64,000 bases of DNA, taken from contig NC_087251.1 in NCBI RefSeq assembly GCF_037042905.1, forward strand, positions 2,728,001 through 2,792,000, given 5' to 3'. The stretch comes from Lytechinus pictus. Its lineage: Eukaryota. Below are positions 37,801-47,100 of the stretch, one piece after another. How positions within the stretch are numbered: position 1 is the stretch's first letter; each line of letters opens with the position of its first letter. A program made the position numbers and the translations under genes. The notes beneath the pieces were generated by a model. That model did no database searches, had not been told where the DNA came from, and was given only the letters and a program-made list of their open reading frames with translations.

Positions 37801-40658
37801 GTGTCTTGAAAAGATTATACATTTAAACATGATCATGAATAGGCCCTAGATGTGATGAACATATATCTATTCAGATCTTATTTTAAACTATCTCAAAGTG
37901 TTGTGTTGAGAACGGAATGGTGCGTTACTGCAACCTTTTCAGACAAGAGGGGGAAGGGCTCTCCTCAAAATGCCAAGGTGCTAGTGTAGTCTTCCACATC
38001 AAATAATGAAATTCTGTAAACGGAATTCAGTTTGCCTGTCTTTGAGAAGAATGAAAAACATTTTTGAAGTCTGCATAATAACACTAGCAGCTACCAGAAG
38101 TCGTGGAACGAGGGGTTCAAAATAAAAAACTTACAAACTTTACATTACAAATTATGATTTATTTTAGACGGATATCACTATCAGTCTCTGTTTTTTGGTA
38201 GTTCCATTATCTGACGTTAGATTCTAGTCAAAATTACAAGAAACAAATTCTGTCTAGACCTAGCACAAAGAAAGTCAATGACATAGATAAAAATAACATC
38301 AATCCATCCAAGTTTAATTTCATCTTCAAGGTTATACTCGGCTGCATGCTGCAGAGCCCTTTGATGTTGTTCGTTTTGGGCCTGTTTCACGCCCTCCTCA
38401 GCTCAGGACCTCAGTAGACACTTGGGGCCTGTTGCATGACGAGATGAGCGATACGTAGGAACGTCCTAGGACCATTCTTTCGAGATAGGAAGATTGGCGA
38501 CAAATCAGCGCTTTCCGTTTCACGAAGGCAATTTTGTCTTTCAAGTCCGCGACATCGTTTGATATCGATAGTATCGGAAAAATATTTAGTCTTCATCGTC
38601 ACCTGAACCTTTTATTTCGGAATGACAACTTTTCATAAAATCATATATTTCAATAAAAGGGGATCAAATAATGTTTTATTTATTACTGATTGTAGAATTG
38701 ATGTATGGAGCGTACTTTATGAGGTAAAAAGAGAAAAAACTTTCAAGATTCACAAAAAAAACAGGATAAAATCGAAATTTTCATCACTTCCCTTATTTAG
38801 AACACGGTGTCCTTTTAGAGACACCTTTCATTGATATTTCAACGAAAGAGACCCTTGTCCGACATAAAAATTTATTTAACTAAGTAATTTCGACATTTTA
38901 TTAGTTCAATATACTGATTTTTTTATAGAATACATATATATAATGATGATTTCGCAAATTATGCGTTAATATGTTATCTGTTGAGGTAAAAATAGGGTTT
39001 GAATGGAGTAAACAAAATCAACAGTGTCTGATTGTATGAGACTAAAAAGGAAAATATGAGAGGCTGCCTGTGAAAAATCTAATTTATTTATTTTATTTGT
39101 CAGATATAACGCAAGAAATACAAATGTGAATGTTTAGAGTATAAACATACCTCAGTTGCATGATGAGTAACCGAAGACAAGGAAATATGAAAATTGCTGC
39201 AAACATGTCCATCAAGTGGATAAAGTAGTGCTTTGGCTTTGCAATAACAATTAAAACATAGAAAAAGGTGCAATCCGCAATGGAAAAAATACTATTTACA
39301 GAAATAATGCTAAATATTACAATGATCATAAACGTTGGTCATCTTTAAAGTTGATCACTTAATTTATGGAAGCTTATATAAGAATATAAGGTTTAAGGAT
39401 ATAAAAAATATATATGTTCAACATTTCAAAAATTCAAAGTTGAGGAGTAGAGACTACATTATTGCTTTAACATTTTAGTAGGGGCCGAAAGGGGCCTACC
39501 CTACGATTTAAAATGCGCCTCTTCGTATGGACTCATTTCCATAATCTTTTCTATAATGAACTAGCTTATCTTCATTTGTAATGATTGTGATGGATTCGTA
39601 AGCTATATGCCTAATCTGTATCTTAAATTCAATTAGCTATTTTGTTACTGCAGATTTTTGTTTTGTTTCACTGTTTTAGTACATCTCAAGTTAGCCCAAA
39701 TCCGACAATTAATTTTCATTGATTAAAATTAATCTTGAGCAGCAAAAAAATAATAATTATAATGAAAATGAAATAAAAATAAATGAATGATTTACCATGT
39801 TTAACATTTTAGTTTTGTATTGTGTTTTTTTTTTGCTGAACGTTATAACCACGTTTTTTACCTTACATAGGCCCTAATTTCTTTTAAAGAAATTTGTTTT
39901 CATGTTGTTTAATTATCTATAATGAGAAAGCATGAGGGGTCAGAGAGATAGTGCCGCCCATTTCGATATTTCAAAAAAATATAATGGAAATGGTGTGGGG
40001 ATAGGACGGACCATAAAAGAAAACATATTTAAAAAAATATTTGGGCCTATATACATTATCCCCGGACATAAAGCCCGGAGAAGTTAAAATGACATCTGTT
40101 TTTGGTCGTCTTGCCTGAAATTGATGACAACTAGCCCCCATATAAAAAATAGCTTGGCACCATCCCAGATAAAATGCATCAGTGTGCAACCACAAAATGT
40201 TTAAAGGTGATATGTCAGTGTGGCTTGCCGTAAACGCATTTTCTCTCAATGCCGACGGTGGCGGGCGGTGTGCAAAGAAGATCATGCCTACGTAGGACAT
40301 GTCTGGAGGTGTCTTTCCAAGGACCATTCTTCGTATCGCCCAAATCGGCTTTGTGAAACAGTTGAGCGATATCTCGTTCTTACGTAGAATGGTTCTACGA
40401 AAGACCCTTTCATGCAACAGGCCCCAGGAAGATTATTGAAGAGAGGCGTGACGCTAACGCACTCAGCAATTACGGTCCTATGCAATTCAAATGCGGCAAT
40501 CATGGAACCGTGACAATCCTTAACGAAATGTGTGCACAAGTATCGCACGTGCCGCTGCGTTTACGTCTGCCATGTGGAAATTACTTACGTTTTATCTCGC
40601 CGATGCAAAGTTCCCGCACTTTATCTTCCCAATCAGTCATTCCTGCATATCTTGTCAT
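3561..40658 (-). CDS. THADA: THADA / Trm732-family armadillo-like protein, 37 coding exons in window (~1922 aa), 3' end incomplete
   Basis: Hand-spliced GT-AG exons with consistent phases. Family-typical segments include HWDHPIDGIRHQ, NSSPEG, CCWRSMKE, SKHRGAFE, TRRSAGIP, VHALNILRALFRD, WAVRNSATMLF and FFSRFP. No stop exon found to the left of 3561. Confidence 0.95.
4049..4184 (-). CDS. THADA: THADA exon 36 (putative; IKETKN...SNEI)
   Basis: AG/GT bounded, open, phase 0-1; not recognisably conserved. Confidence 0.55.
4552..4634 (-). CDS. THADA: THADA exon 35 (putative; FSEFTTETF...YNK)
   Basis: AG/GT bounded, open, phase 1-0; not recognisably conserved. Confidence 0.55.
4850..5040. repeat. 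(CAT/CAC)n microsatellite
   Basis: Direct inspection. Confidence 0.9.
5069..5191 (-). CDS. THADA: THADA exon 34 (...LQDDDDDVRRTAA...)
   Basis: HEAT-like LQDxDxxVR, phase 1-1. Confidence 0.9.
6044..6319 (+). mobile_element. tRNA-derived SINE
   Basis: TGGCTCAGTGG A-box, GATTCAAATC B-box-like, CACCCAGGTG core, AAGCGCTATATAAAT followed by (TAT)n tail. Confidence 0.85.
6614..6767 (-). CDS. THADA: THADA exon 33 (VADVDH...QLRHAVA...QQHI)
   Basis: AG/GT bounded, phase 0-1. Confidence 0.88.
7797..7866 (-). CDS. THADA: THADA exon 32 (EEVLASIV...LSSQ)
   Basis: AG/GT bounded, phase 2-0. Confidence 0.85.
8491..8606 (-). CDS. THADA: THADA exon 31 (VCEALNA...ENYP)
   Basis: AG/GT bounded, phase 0-2. Confidence 0.85.
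9048..9642 (-). CDS. THADA: THADA exon 30 (ENKSYITRA...HQCLAK)
   Basis: Overlaps ORF 8973-9584 in frame, phase 2-0, CAGCAG acceptor. Confidence 0.9.
9977..10092 (-). CDS. THADA: THADA exon 29 (IDGLLKK...WLAS)
   Basis: AG/GT bounded, phase 0-2. Confidence 0.88.
10643..10814 (-). CDS. THADA: THADA exon 28 (AGCSAIHKTR...NAIHGILIQ)
   Basis: NxxHG motif, phase 2-0. Confidence 0.92.
11044..11844. mobile_element. Non-autonomous DNA transposon (PIF/Harbinger-like MITE)
   Basis: ~29-bp imperfect TIRs GGGGYGGTWTTCTGAG..ATTTTATCT, CWG flanks. Confidence 0.75.
12258..12386 (-). CDS. THADA: THADA exon 27 (...LHPNLFP...LYPS...)
   Basis: Conserved motif, phase 2-2. Confidence 0.92.
13171..13266 (-). CDS. 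THADA: THADA exon 26 (MTGREFFSRFP...)
   Basis: Conserved motif, phase 2-2. Confidence 0.93.
13922..14013 (-). CDS. THADA: THADA exon 25 (VRNSATMLF...ARKN)
   Basis: Conserved motif, AAG acceptor, phase 0-2. Confidence 0.93.
14559..14681 (-). CDS. THADA: THADA exon 24 (VHALNILRALFRD...LWA)
   Basis: Highly conserved motif, phase 0-0. Confidence 0.95.
15601..15714 (-). CDS. THADA: THADA exon 23 (ALLLPEPK...HTAR)
   Basis: AG/GT bounded, phase 0-0. Confidence 0.9.
15987..16110 (-). CDS. THADA: THADA exon 22 (...TRRSAGIPFAIQ)
   Basis: TRRSAG motif, phase 2-0. Confidence 0.95.
16647..16756 (-). CDS. THADA: THADA exon 21 (...SKHRGAFELAY...)
   Basis: HRGAF motif, phase 0-2. Confidence 0.95.
17058..17251 (-). 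CDS. THADA: THADA exon 20 (...CCWRSMKEVS...)
   Basis: DUF2428-region motif, phase 1-0. Confidence 0.95.
17917..18053 (-). CDS. THADA: THADA exon 19 (MVQMADAW...NSSPEG...)
   Basis: SSPEG motif, phase 2-1. Confidence 0.92.
18359..18720 (-). CDS. THADA: THADA exon 18 (DAQELE...GPMYG...DTDL)
   Basis: Open 120 codons, conserved PMYG, phase 0-2. Confidence 0.92.
18792..19659 (-). mobile_element. hAT (Charlie/Buster-group) deletion derivative with transposase N-terminal remnant
   Basis: TIRs CAGGGGTTCTCAAACT; perfect 8-bp TSD TCTTAGAG; remnant KRKVDAGNRVFHEESTDKYSF. Confidence 0.9.
19888..20027 (-). CDS. THADA: THADA exon 17 (LFDISLL...LGLQ)
   Basis: AG/GT bounded, phase 1-0. Confidence 0.9.
20653..21247. 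mobile_element. Kolobok-like MITE
   Basis: TTAA TSD, TIRs AGGGGAATCCA. Confidence 0.8.
21262..21388 (-). CDS. THADA: THADA exon 16 (EFLEWL...GSSS)
   Basis: AG/GT bounded, phase 0-1. Confidence 0.9.
21708..21809 (-). CDS. THADA: THADA exon 15 (LLVRLRES...KYK)
   Basis: AG/GT bounded, phase 0-0. Confidence 0.88.
22429..22584 (-). CDS. THADA: THADA exon 14 (IRIDTIGLLC...HIKK)
   Basis: Conserved LNNSSPSFRQQ, phase 0-0. Confidence 0.93.
23213..23605 (-). CDS. THADA: THADA exon 13 (YLIPKLLK...HSTHQ)
   Basis: Inside ORF 23129-23614, phase 0-0. Confidence 0.92.
24095..24256 (-). CDS. THADA: THADA exon 12 (SCEVIEK...FIID)
   Basis: Inside ORF 24020-24286, phase 0-0. Confidence 0.9.
24955..25148 (-). 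CDS. THADA: THADA exon 11 (...WHTRGKYG...MATH)
   Basis: Conserved WHxxGKY, phase 1-0. Confidence 0.92.
25634..25703 (-). CDS. THADA: THADA exon 10 (GIRHQTKAIF...)
   Basis: AG/GT bounded, phase 0-1. Confidence 0.92.
25825..26104. repeat. 56-bp minisatellite, 5 copies
   Basis: Units start at 25825, 25881, 25937, 25993 and 26049. Confidence 0.95.
26358..26640. mobile_element. Harbinger-like MITE
   Basis: TIRs GGCCYGTATTCTGAAGTCGGGTTTAA. Confidence 0.8.
26695..26866 (-). CDS. THADA: THADA exon 9 (LANSS...HWDHPID)
   Basis: Conserved HWDHP, phase 2-0. Confidence 0.93.
27620..28550. mobile_element. Kolobok-like MITE (middle element of the nest)
   Basis: TIRs AGGWCAAGTCCAC; right-end fragment of a related family near 51480-51696. 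Confidence 0.75.
28000..28347 (-). mobile_element. tRNA-derived SINE (inner element of the nest)
   Basis: Minus strand: GTGGTGTAGTGG A-box, GTTCGAATCCC B-box, (ATT)n tail. Confidence 0.85.
28685..28757. repeat. 73-bp palindrome / miniature inverted repeat
   Basis: AAGTGTTGGTCCT..AAAAGGACCA / TGGTCCTTTT..AGGACCAACACTT. Confidence 0.75.
28825..29048 (-). CDS. THADA: THADA exon 8 (VASMFH...YQLTQ)
   Basis: Inside ORF 28821-29054, phase 0-2. Confidence 0.9.
29548..29642 (-). CDS. THADA: THADA exon 7 (MFLADCRSAG...LVDM)
   Basis: AG/GT bounded, phase 1-0. Confidence 0.88.
30071..30255 (-). CDS. THADA: THADA exon 6 (SDSSTLL...TILKT)
   Basis: Inside ORF 30042-30287, phase 2-1. Confidence 0.9.
30590..30638 (-). 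CDS. THADA: THADA exon 5 (LSFLAESLAVLVSES)
   Basis: AG/GT bounded, phase 1-2. Confidence 0.85.
30852..31598. mobile_element. HINE-like element (second family) with nested MITE
   Basis: AAACAAG start, TGACCTTTGACCT repeats, GGAC microsatellite, terminal hairpin GCCC..GGGGGCATAAAAA. Confidence 0.6.
30990..31151. mobile_element. Small MITE nested in the HINE-like element (related copy at 62352-62505)
   Basis: TIRs GGGGGCGTTTCAT...ATGAAACGCTTCCC, CAG on both flanks. Confidence 0.7.
31651..31841 (-). CDS. THADA: THADA exon 4 (ILQSLP...LENFKLG...VIV)
   Basis: AG/GT bounded, phase 2-1, LENFxLG segment. Confidence 0.9.
31980..32825. repeat. CAC-rich minisatellite spanning an assembly gap (Ns at 32138-32311)
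   Basis: Direct inspection; the poly-P/H/V ORFs are artefacts. Confidence 0.92.
32935..34830 (+). mobile_element. ~1.9 kb non-autonomous DNA transposon (Harbinger-like), copy 1
   Basis: TIRs GGGGCCTGTTGCA; colinear inverted copy at 38424-40425. Confidence 0.85.
35040..35420 (-). mobile_element. Probable LINE (L2/CR1-like) 3' fragment
   Basis: Degenerate LWNKLP-type end of ORF2 and AAGCGCCTTATAAAT tail. Confidence 0.4.
35552..35682 (-). CDS. THADA: THADA exon 3 (FGSYIKK...CRAVR)
   Basis: AG/GT bounded, open, phase 0-2. Confidence 0.85.
36386..36486 (-). CDS. THADA: THADA exon 2 (CEVSEM...AHIKE)
   Basis: AG/GT bounded, open, phase 1-0. Confidence 0.8.
36604..37587. mobile_element. Tc1/mariner-type non-autonomous element
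   Basis: TA TSD; ~29-bp TIRs CAGTGCGTATCAAAAAAAAGTTTACACTT. Confidence 0.88.
38424..40425 (-). mobile_element. ~2.0 kb non-autonomous DNA transposon, copy 2 (inverted)
   Basis: Same TIRs; the ORF track shows matching pseudo-peptides (MTMKTKYFSDT.., HERVFRRT..) on opposite strands. Confidence 0.85.
40589..40658 (-). CDS. THADA: THADA exon 1 (MTRYAGMTDWEDKSAGTLHRRDK)
   Basis: ATG, open frame and GTAAGT donor; phase 1 matches exon 2. Sequence itself not recognisably conserved. Confidence 0.6.
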
Positions 40659-40998
40659 TCATGTACGGTATAATAAAGTTGATTAAATGAAGTTCTCTTT
40701 AGGTTCATTAGACATTACAAGCACATGAGCAGCATAGTTTTGAGCACTGTGCAGACCCTCACATCTCACATGAGCAAAGTTCCCTGCTCACGCTGTCAGC
40801 TATTCAGCTTCTCAAAGGGAATTTCCCTGGGCCTTGCCGGTCACCGCTTCGATCGGCCGCGCCGGCGCGCGGCGCGGCGCGCGCGCGGAGGCTAGGTCGA
40901 TTCGAGCTCCATATCACCTACAAGAGAAACGGGTCTTTATTGTCTGACTTAACAGTTTCTTATTTTATTCAATTTTCTTTAATCGCAGTTTTAAAAAT
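40659..40998. promoter_or_regulatory. Probable bidirectional promoter / 5' UTR region shared by THADA and TBCB
   Basis: Divergent start codons ~340 bp apart; CpG-rich core with a 35-bp pure G/C run at 40854-40888. Confidence 0.7.
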
Positions 40999-41118
40999 AT
41001 GGCGGGTGATTACTCCGTGGTAACTGCCAGTTATGTCAACGTGCAAATCTCGAACTCATTGACGTCATTTGCATCAGAAAAGCGATTTCCGAAAAGTATT
41101 ACCATTGCAGAGCTGAAG
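40999..41118 (+). CDS. TBCB: TBCB exon 1 (MAGDYS...IAELK)
   Basis: ATG to GTAAGT donor. Confidence 0.93.
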
Positions 41119-44100
41119 GTAAGTTCACTGAGCTGATGATGAGCCGGGTTCTGAGCTGTGGCCCGCTTCGCGGGCCGGAGTTTAGGACTCGTCCGTGACG
41201 GTGTAGTAGGATGGGGGGTGGGGTGTCCGGACACTTAATATTTTTGAAGCCTTCTTTTTTGTCTTTGGATTACACTAAAAATACGAATTCAATAGTTGTA
41301 ATCATCTTCTGTTTTGTTCTCTATAATATTACCTAACATTTCGTACTAAACATTTTATGAAACTTTGCTTGTAAATTTTTCCAAATGACTTTCTAAAACT
41401 GATCGTCCGGACACACAACAACTGGGTATACTAGTCAAACATTTACTCTCCAAAATGGGTTAGAATCAATGTGGTCGCAATAGCACTCCAGATAAAAGGG
41501 GAAAATAATGAATTATGCACTTACCTCGATTATATGGCTGAAGGTCTATCGTGACACAGAATTCCTGACATCGAGGCACAAACTGGGCCCTCAAAAAAAG
41601 GAAAAGTTGGACGTCTATGTCGCGTTCGTTTTGGTATCGATCTAGCCTTGAGGACTCCATGATGATATTTTTTAATATTTTGACATATACTTCTTCATCA
41701 TGGAGCCTTGAACCGCCTCCCATATATGTTAAAGAGACACATGTAAACAAAGATGGATTTCCCTAGGAAATCCATCTTTGAAGATAGAAATCACGTAAAT
41801 CAATGTTAGTGATTTTATTTATTTTTACACCTTCATACGCCTAGCCCTAGAAATGCATATGAAGGTTTCAAAAATTGGTTAATAAAAAGGTGAAAAATTG
41901 AAGGTTTCTTACCAGACCGATCTCGTGTACATGTAGATCCCTCGATCCGTTTGTCAAAGCAAATACAATAGGTCTGACCTAGACAGCTGGCAGCTGTCTG
42001 TTTCGAGGAGTTTTTTGACATGTTTTTATTTTTTGAATTTCTCCTCATACACAGATGGCTCGCTATCGTGCAGCCACCATTAGGGGACTTACAATGCAAA
42101 ATCCCCCCGTCGGGGCTCTTCAATTTTTGTCTTTAATGAATCAAACTTTTGAAAATTAACGCGACCGAAATGCAAATTAATATTCCCTCTTGGCATTAAT
42201 TGCCAAAAAACGGGGAAAATCAAGTTAAAAGGAACAAAAACAGTGACTTACCTCGGCTGTCGCGCAACTTCACTGTCCTGTTTTATCTGAACTTAATACA
42301 CATAAACATAAGGCCATTGAGTCCCCTGTACAGATCGCGCTAGAACTTCGGTCTCTGTATTTGGTGAGTGAAGCCAACGGAGTTCAGCTGAACAACCAAC
42401 ATAACAGAGACCGAAGCTTTTGGTCTAGGTCTGACCCTGCCTTGAACCACTTCGTTATGACGTACGGTACCTTTGATTAATAGTGATGACTGATGTTACA
42501 AAATGCCGTTTTGAAGAAAAATTTATAGATAAAAATTATTATTTAACAAATACTAAAATTTAATATGTGATTATAAATAATAATAATTATTAAATAATAA
42601 TAATTATTATTTATAATCACGTATTTTAGTATTTGTTAAATAATAATTTTTATCTATAAATTGTTCTTTGTGAATACTTGACGAAATCTGATCTGGCAGA
42701 TCATTAATGTACATTGATAAAAAGGCCCAAGAGTGATATCTGTCGTCTATTACGTCAGCCACTATGACTGATTAACCTAGACGTAAAATGTTTCCAAGGT
42801 AATTGGTTATATACCAGCTTGGCGTTTACCAGCAAAAAAATGCTGTCCTGCCGAGTTCCTACGGGAGTTACCACAAACAGAAACAGAAACAAAAAGCAGG
42901 GGTCCGAGGACACTCCCTTGCGGTATTCTGCTGGTTACATCAGCCCAGTCAGAGAACCCACCATTCACACAAACACGGTGCTGTCAACCGACAAGAAATG
43001 GCCTGACCCACCCACATATGAGCTGCTTAGATATGCCAAATCCCTCAACTTTGGCTTCTCTGGCATGGGACCTTATCAAAGGCATTCATGAAATCTAGGT
43101 AGATGACATCAACTGCACCACCAACTTTCAACATATTTGTCCTATCATCTAAAACATTGAGTAATTGCAACATTGTTGATCGACCAGACACAAATCCAAA
43201 TTCTTTTGCACTGAGAAGGTTGTTGCTCCTCACATGCTCATATATTTCATCCCTCAGGATAGACTCCATGATTTTATATTCAATACATGTAAGACTTACG
43301 GTATTGGTCTGTAGTTTGAAGGGAGTTCATTTCATTTCATTTATTTATTTGAATACGATACAATCACCCTTTTTTAATACAGCACTGACATTGGCTTTTT
43401 TCCACACATTTGGTACTATGCCTGATGCAAGAGAGTTTGAGTAAATAATACTCAAAGATTTTGCAAGAACAGGTGCCAGTATACGGAAGACACGGGGATG
43501 CAACTCATCTGGACCTAGTGATTTAGATATATTCAAATTCTCTTATTTCTTTAATACACATTCTTCAGTAATAACAATTGTGTCTAAAATATGAACATCA
43601 TGATGTTGAACAGATGGGAGAGGTCCATCAGGATCTTTAGTAAAGACACTAGAAAAATGTTTCAATAGTGCATTAGATTTCCCTACATCTGATTGACTGA
43701 TTATGTCAGTGTTTTACTACTTCCAGTACCATCTTGGTAGAGTGGTGGTATTCCACTCTTTACTTTTGTCTTGAACTTTGCATACTGCAAAAAAAACACG
43801 GGCAGTCATTTTCAGATCGAACAAAAAAATGGTGCCCAATGTCTGTGCATCCATTCACTTTGCACGTGATTCAGGAATTTTTATGAGAAAGGCTGCACTT
43901 AGAGGGCATAAATGAAATGCCCAAAATTCATTATTTTTCCACCTTTTGAGTCAGATTTTTAAATATGTTTGCGGTATGATGTAATGCATGTGTAAAATTT
44001 GTGTTTGTTGCGTATCTTCTTATAGCTCAGATACGCGCACGCGCAGACAAGGGGAACTGTGCAGACTTGGGGGAACTTGCCATACTAAAAATTGATAAAC

Positions 44101-47100
44101 TTTGCTTCTCAATTTTTCAAAATGGCAAGGCTTCACACTAACTTTTTTTCTTGGTGGCCCAATCAGTCGTCCACCAAAATCATCTATTTCATATTTTTGT
44201 TGGCCGGCAAAGCAAATTTAGTGGCCCTAAATTTCTAAAACAGAAAACATAACCATTTATCAAAACTTTGGTAGCCCGCGCCAACTGGGCCACCAAGTGT
44301 TTTTTACAGAATTTTGGTGGCCCGATTCTCATTTTTGGTTGCCCCGGGCCACTGCTAATGTCAAGCCCTGCAAATAGTCTAGCTAGGCCTATATCTATTT
44401 AAAATCAATTGTCCAGACACGCAACACAGATAGGCTCAGTCCCATTTCTCGACACTGTCTGACTCTGAGTCACTGTCATAATTTTATAGTCTTTCTTGTA
44501 GAGTAATAGACCCTAGACATACTATATTTGGTTGAGGCTATTACAAACACACATGACATTTGTTCAGCTGAAATCAATCCTCCAGTTATTTAGAGCTAAG
44601 TATTAATGCTTGTTATGAATGTTACATTTTGTATTATTTTCAGGGTAAATTTGAGTTGATAACGGGATGTAATGCAGCAGCTACAGATCTAGAGCTCTAT
44701 ACATCAGAAGGAAAGTTAGTTGGACCTATCAATAATGATGATGCTTTGTTAGGATCTTACCCAGTAGAGGATGGAATGAGGATTCATGTGAGTTGGTTTT
44801 GTTTTATTTAGCTTTATTTGCTTTGATTACACAGGTATATACATGTATATGGTCATTTTCATAGTAATGGTCTAAAGGATGTAATTTATAAAAAATAGTC
44901 AACATTTCAACAACAAAAAATATATCATTATAAGCATTTCTTCTAAAATCGATCAATTTTTTAAATCATTCAATCCTTTTTGTTCTAGAGCTTAAAGTAC
45001 ATGAAAAACATTTTAAAAATAATATTGAACTTTGAAATTTATATAATAAAGTTGGACAAATCATGATTTTGTTTTAACTCTTAAAAACCTGTTTTCCAAG
45101 GAAACGTTGAAAGCATTATGCCTATTCATCTGACATTGCATCTAGGTTTCTGGTGTGAGCTGTGTAAAATATAGAGCAATGCAAACATGTACAATCTGTA
45201 GTCTAACATCAACTTAAATTTCCAGAAATCAATCAGAGTAAAAAAAGAAAGAATATTCCACATTTTCATTGTATTTTACAACCAAATACTAGAAATTCAT
45301 TCAAGGAATAATGGACAATAGACAAGACACTCCATGGATGTGAGAATGTGAAATGTAAATTTTCGAGATTTTTTTCTGTGACTTCAATATTTTCTGGGCA
45401 TGACTTTTCCTTAAAGTGATCATTTCACTTTGTTCTGATTTAAAAAAAATCTCATTTTGGTTCTTGAAAATGGGCTAAACATTAGGCTTACTTAATATAG
45501 TGTAAAAATACCATCCTGACAGTATCATATCTAAAGGAATTATTTTAAAACTTCGGAGATGTAAACCAAAGTTTGAAAATAATTGGGGGTTGGTTTGATC
45601 GACTATGTGTATACAACACAAACTCTAGATGAAACCAGCATGACCTACATACAGTGTGTAGTGTGTACAAGGTGCACTGAATGTACAGAGCAGCTAATGA
45701 TAGTGTGTGCATTATCAGCATAGGAGATACACACAGCAGAAGGGAGTCAACACAGCTAACAGACTTTTTGAATGTGAGAAAACTGGGCATAACCTGAATT
45801 CTTCTTACAGACGGTTCTCAAAATCAGACTAATAAATTGCTACTTTTGTCTAAATTAGAGTTTTTCATCCTACAGTGTGTATTATGGTCTGTTTAAGGTT
45901 TTTTTAAGGACAAATACAAGCACTCATACACATGTTTTATCTTGGTTTGACAATTTTTTTATATCAGCTGCTCAGAAAGTGAAACAATCCCTTTAAGGTC
46001 TGCACGAGTTTGTGTTGTGCTTATGCTTACATGCACTCTAATTTGACTTTGAATTGTAGGCAATTGTTTTAGAAAACAACAGAGTGCCTCTTGAAAATTG
46101 TTATGGGGTTATTAAATATCCATATCAAATCTTATTTTTTATTGAATCTAATTTACCTTTACATACAGGTAATCAATAGGGATACCAACAGAGCTGCAGG
46201 GGAATTTGAAGATGTCTCAAAGGTGGAAAAATTTGAGATTTCTCAAGATGAATACGATAAAAGATCAGGTGAGTATAGTCCCCGGAATGAATATAGAATG
46301 CTACCAATGCACAAGTATTCTTTAACAAAGAGAGAGTAGATGTGTAGTTTTCTGAATGGTTTGCAGAGTTGTCAGTTTACAGGCCTTGCCTAATGTCATG
46401 CCCTGACCCATTTCAGGCTTTGCCAAGTTTTATATTGTTTAGCATATTTGGGGTGTTACCATGTTCTGGCTTCTTCACAAGCCCAATGAGAAAAACTGAC
46501 TATCATATACCTGTATTATTGTTCAAGTTTCATGATCTTAATTACCGGTACAATATTTTTAAAGTTAACCTATTGCTTTTACCTGGCAGGTTCTGCATCT
46601 AGAAATTCACCTACGTACATGTATTTAAGCATTACAACCTCAAAAATGCCACATGTTATATTGAAAAGAGAGTGATAATATAATTCATTGATTATTTCTT
46701 CCCAAATATTGGGTGAAACAGATTCTGTGCGAGCATTCAAGAAGAAAATGAAGATGGGACAATTCAAGGAGGTGAGTCCTGAGGAACAAGCAAGGATAGA
46801 TGCAGAGAAAGAAGAGAAAGCAGCAGAAGAAGAAAGACTTGCTAATGCTATTACACTGGAATCAAGATGTGAAATTGCTGTACCTAATGCACCACCTACT
46901 AAAAGAGGAACTGTCAAATTTGTTGGTAAATTAAAGCTGTCTCTTTTAAAAGTTTATTTAAAGGAGAATGAAACTCTTGGAGCAAGTTAGCTTTTGTGAA
47001 AGCAGAAAAATCAAAGAATAAGATCAACAAAAGTTTGAGTAAAATAGGACTAGCAATAGAAGAGTTACGAGCATTTGAATGTCGAGATCACTAATGCTAT

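Noticed and set aside
39971-40548. 148-aa and 86-aa ORFs as a transposase or gene
   Set aside because: They lie in the terminal region of a non-autonomous element, are not preserved in the second copy, and show no transposase motifs.
41128-41160. Box C/D-like pair ATGATGA..CTGA in TBCB intron 1
   Set aside because: Only 8 nt between the boxes and no proper terminal stem; too short for a snoRNA.
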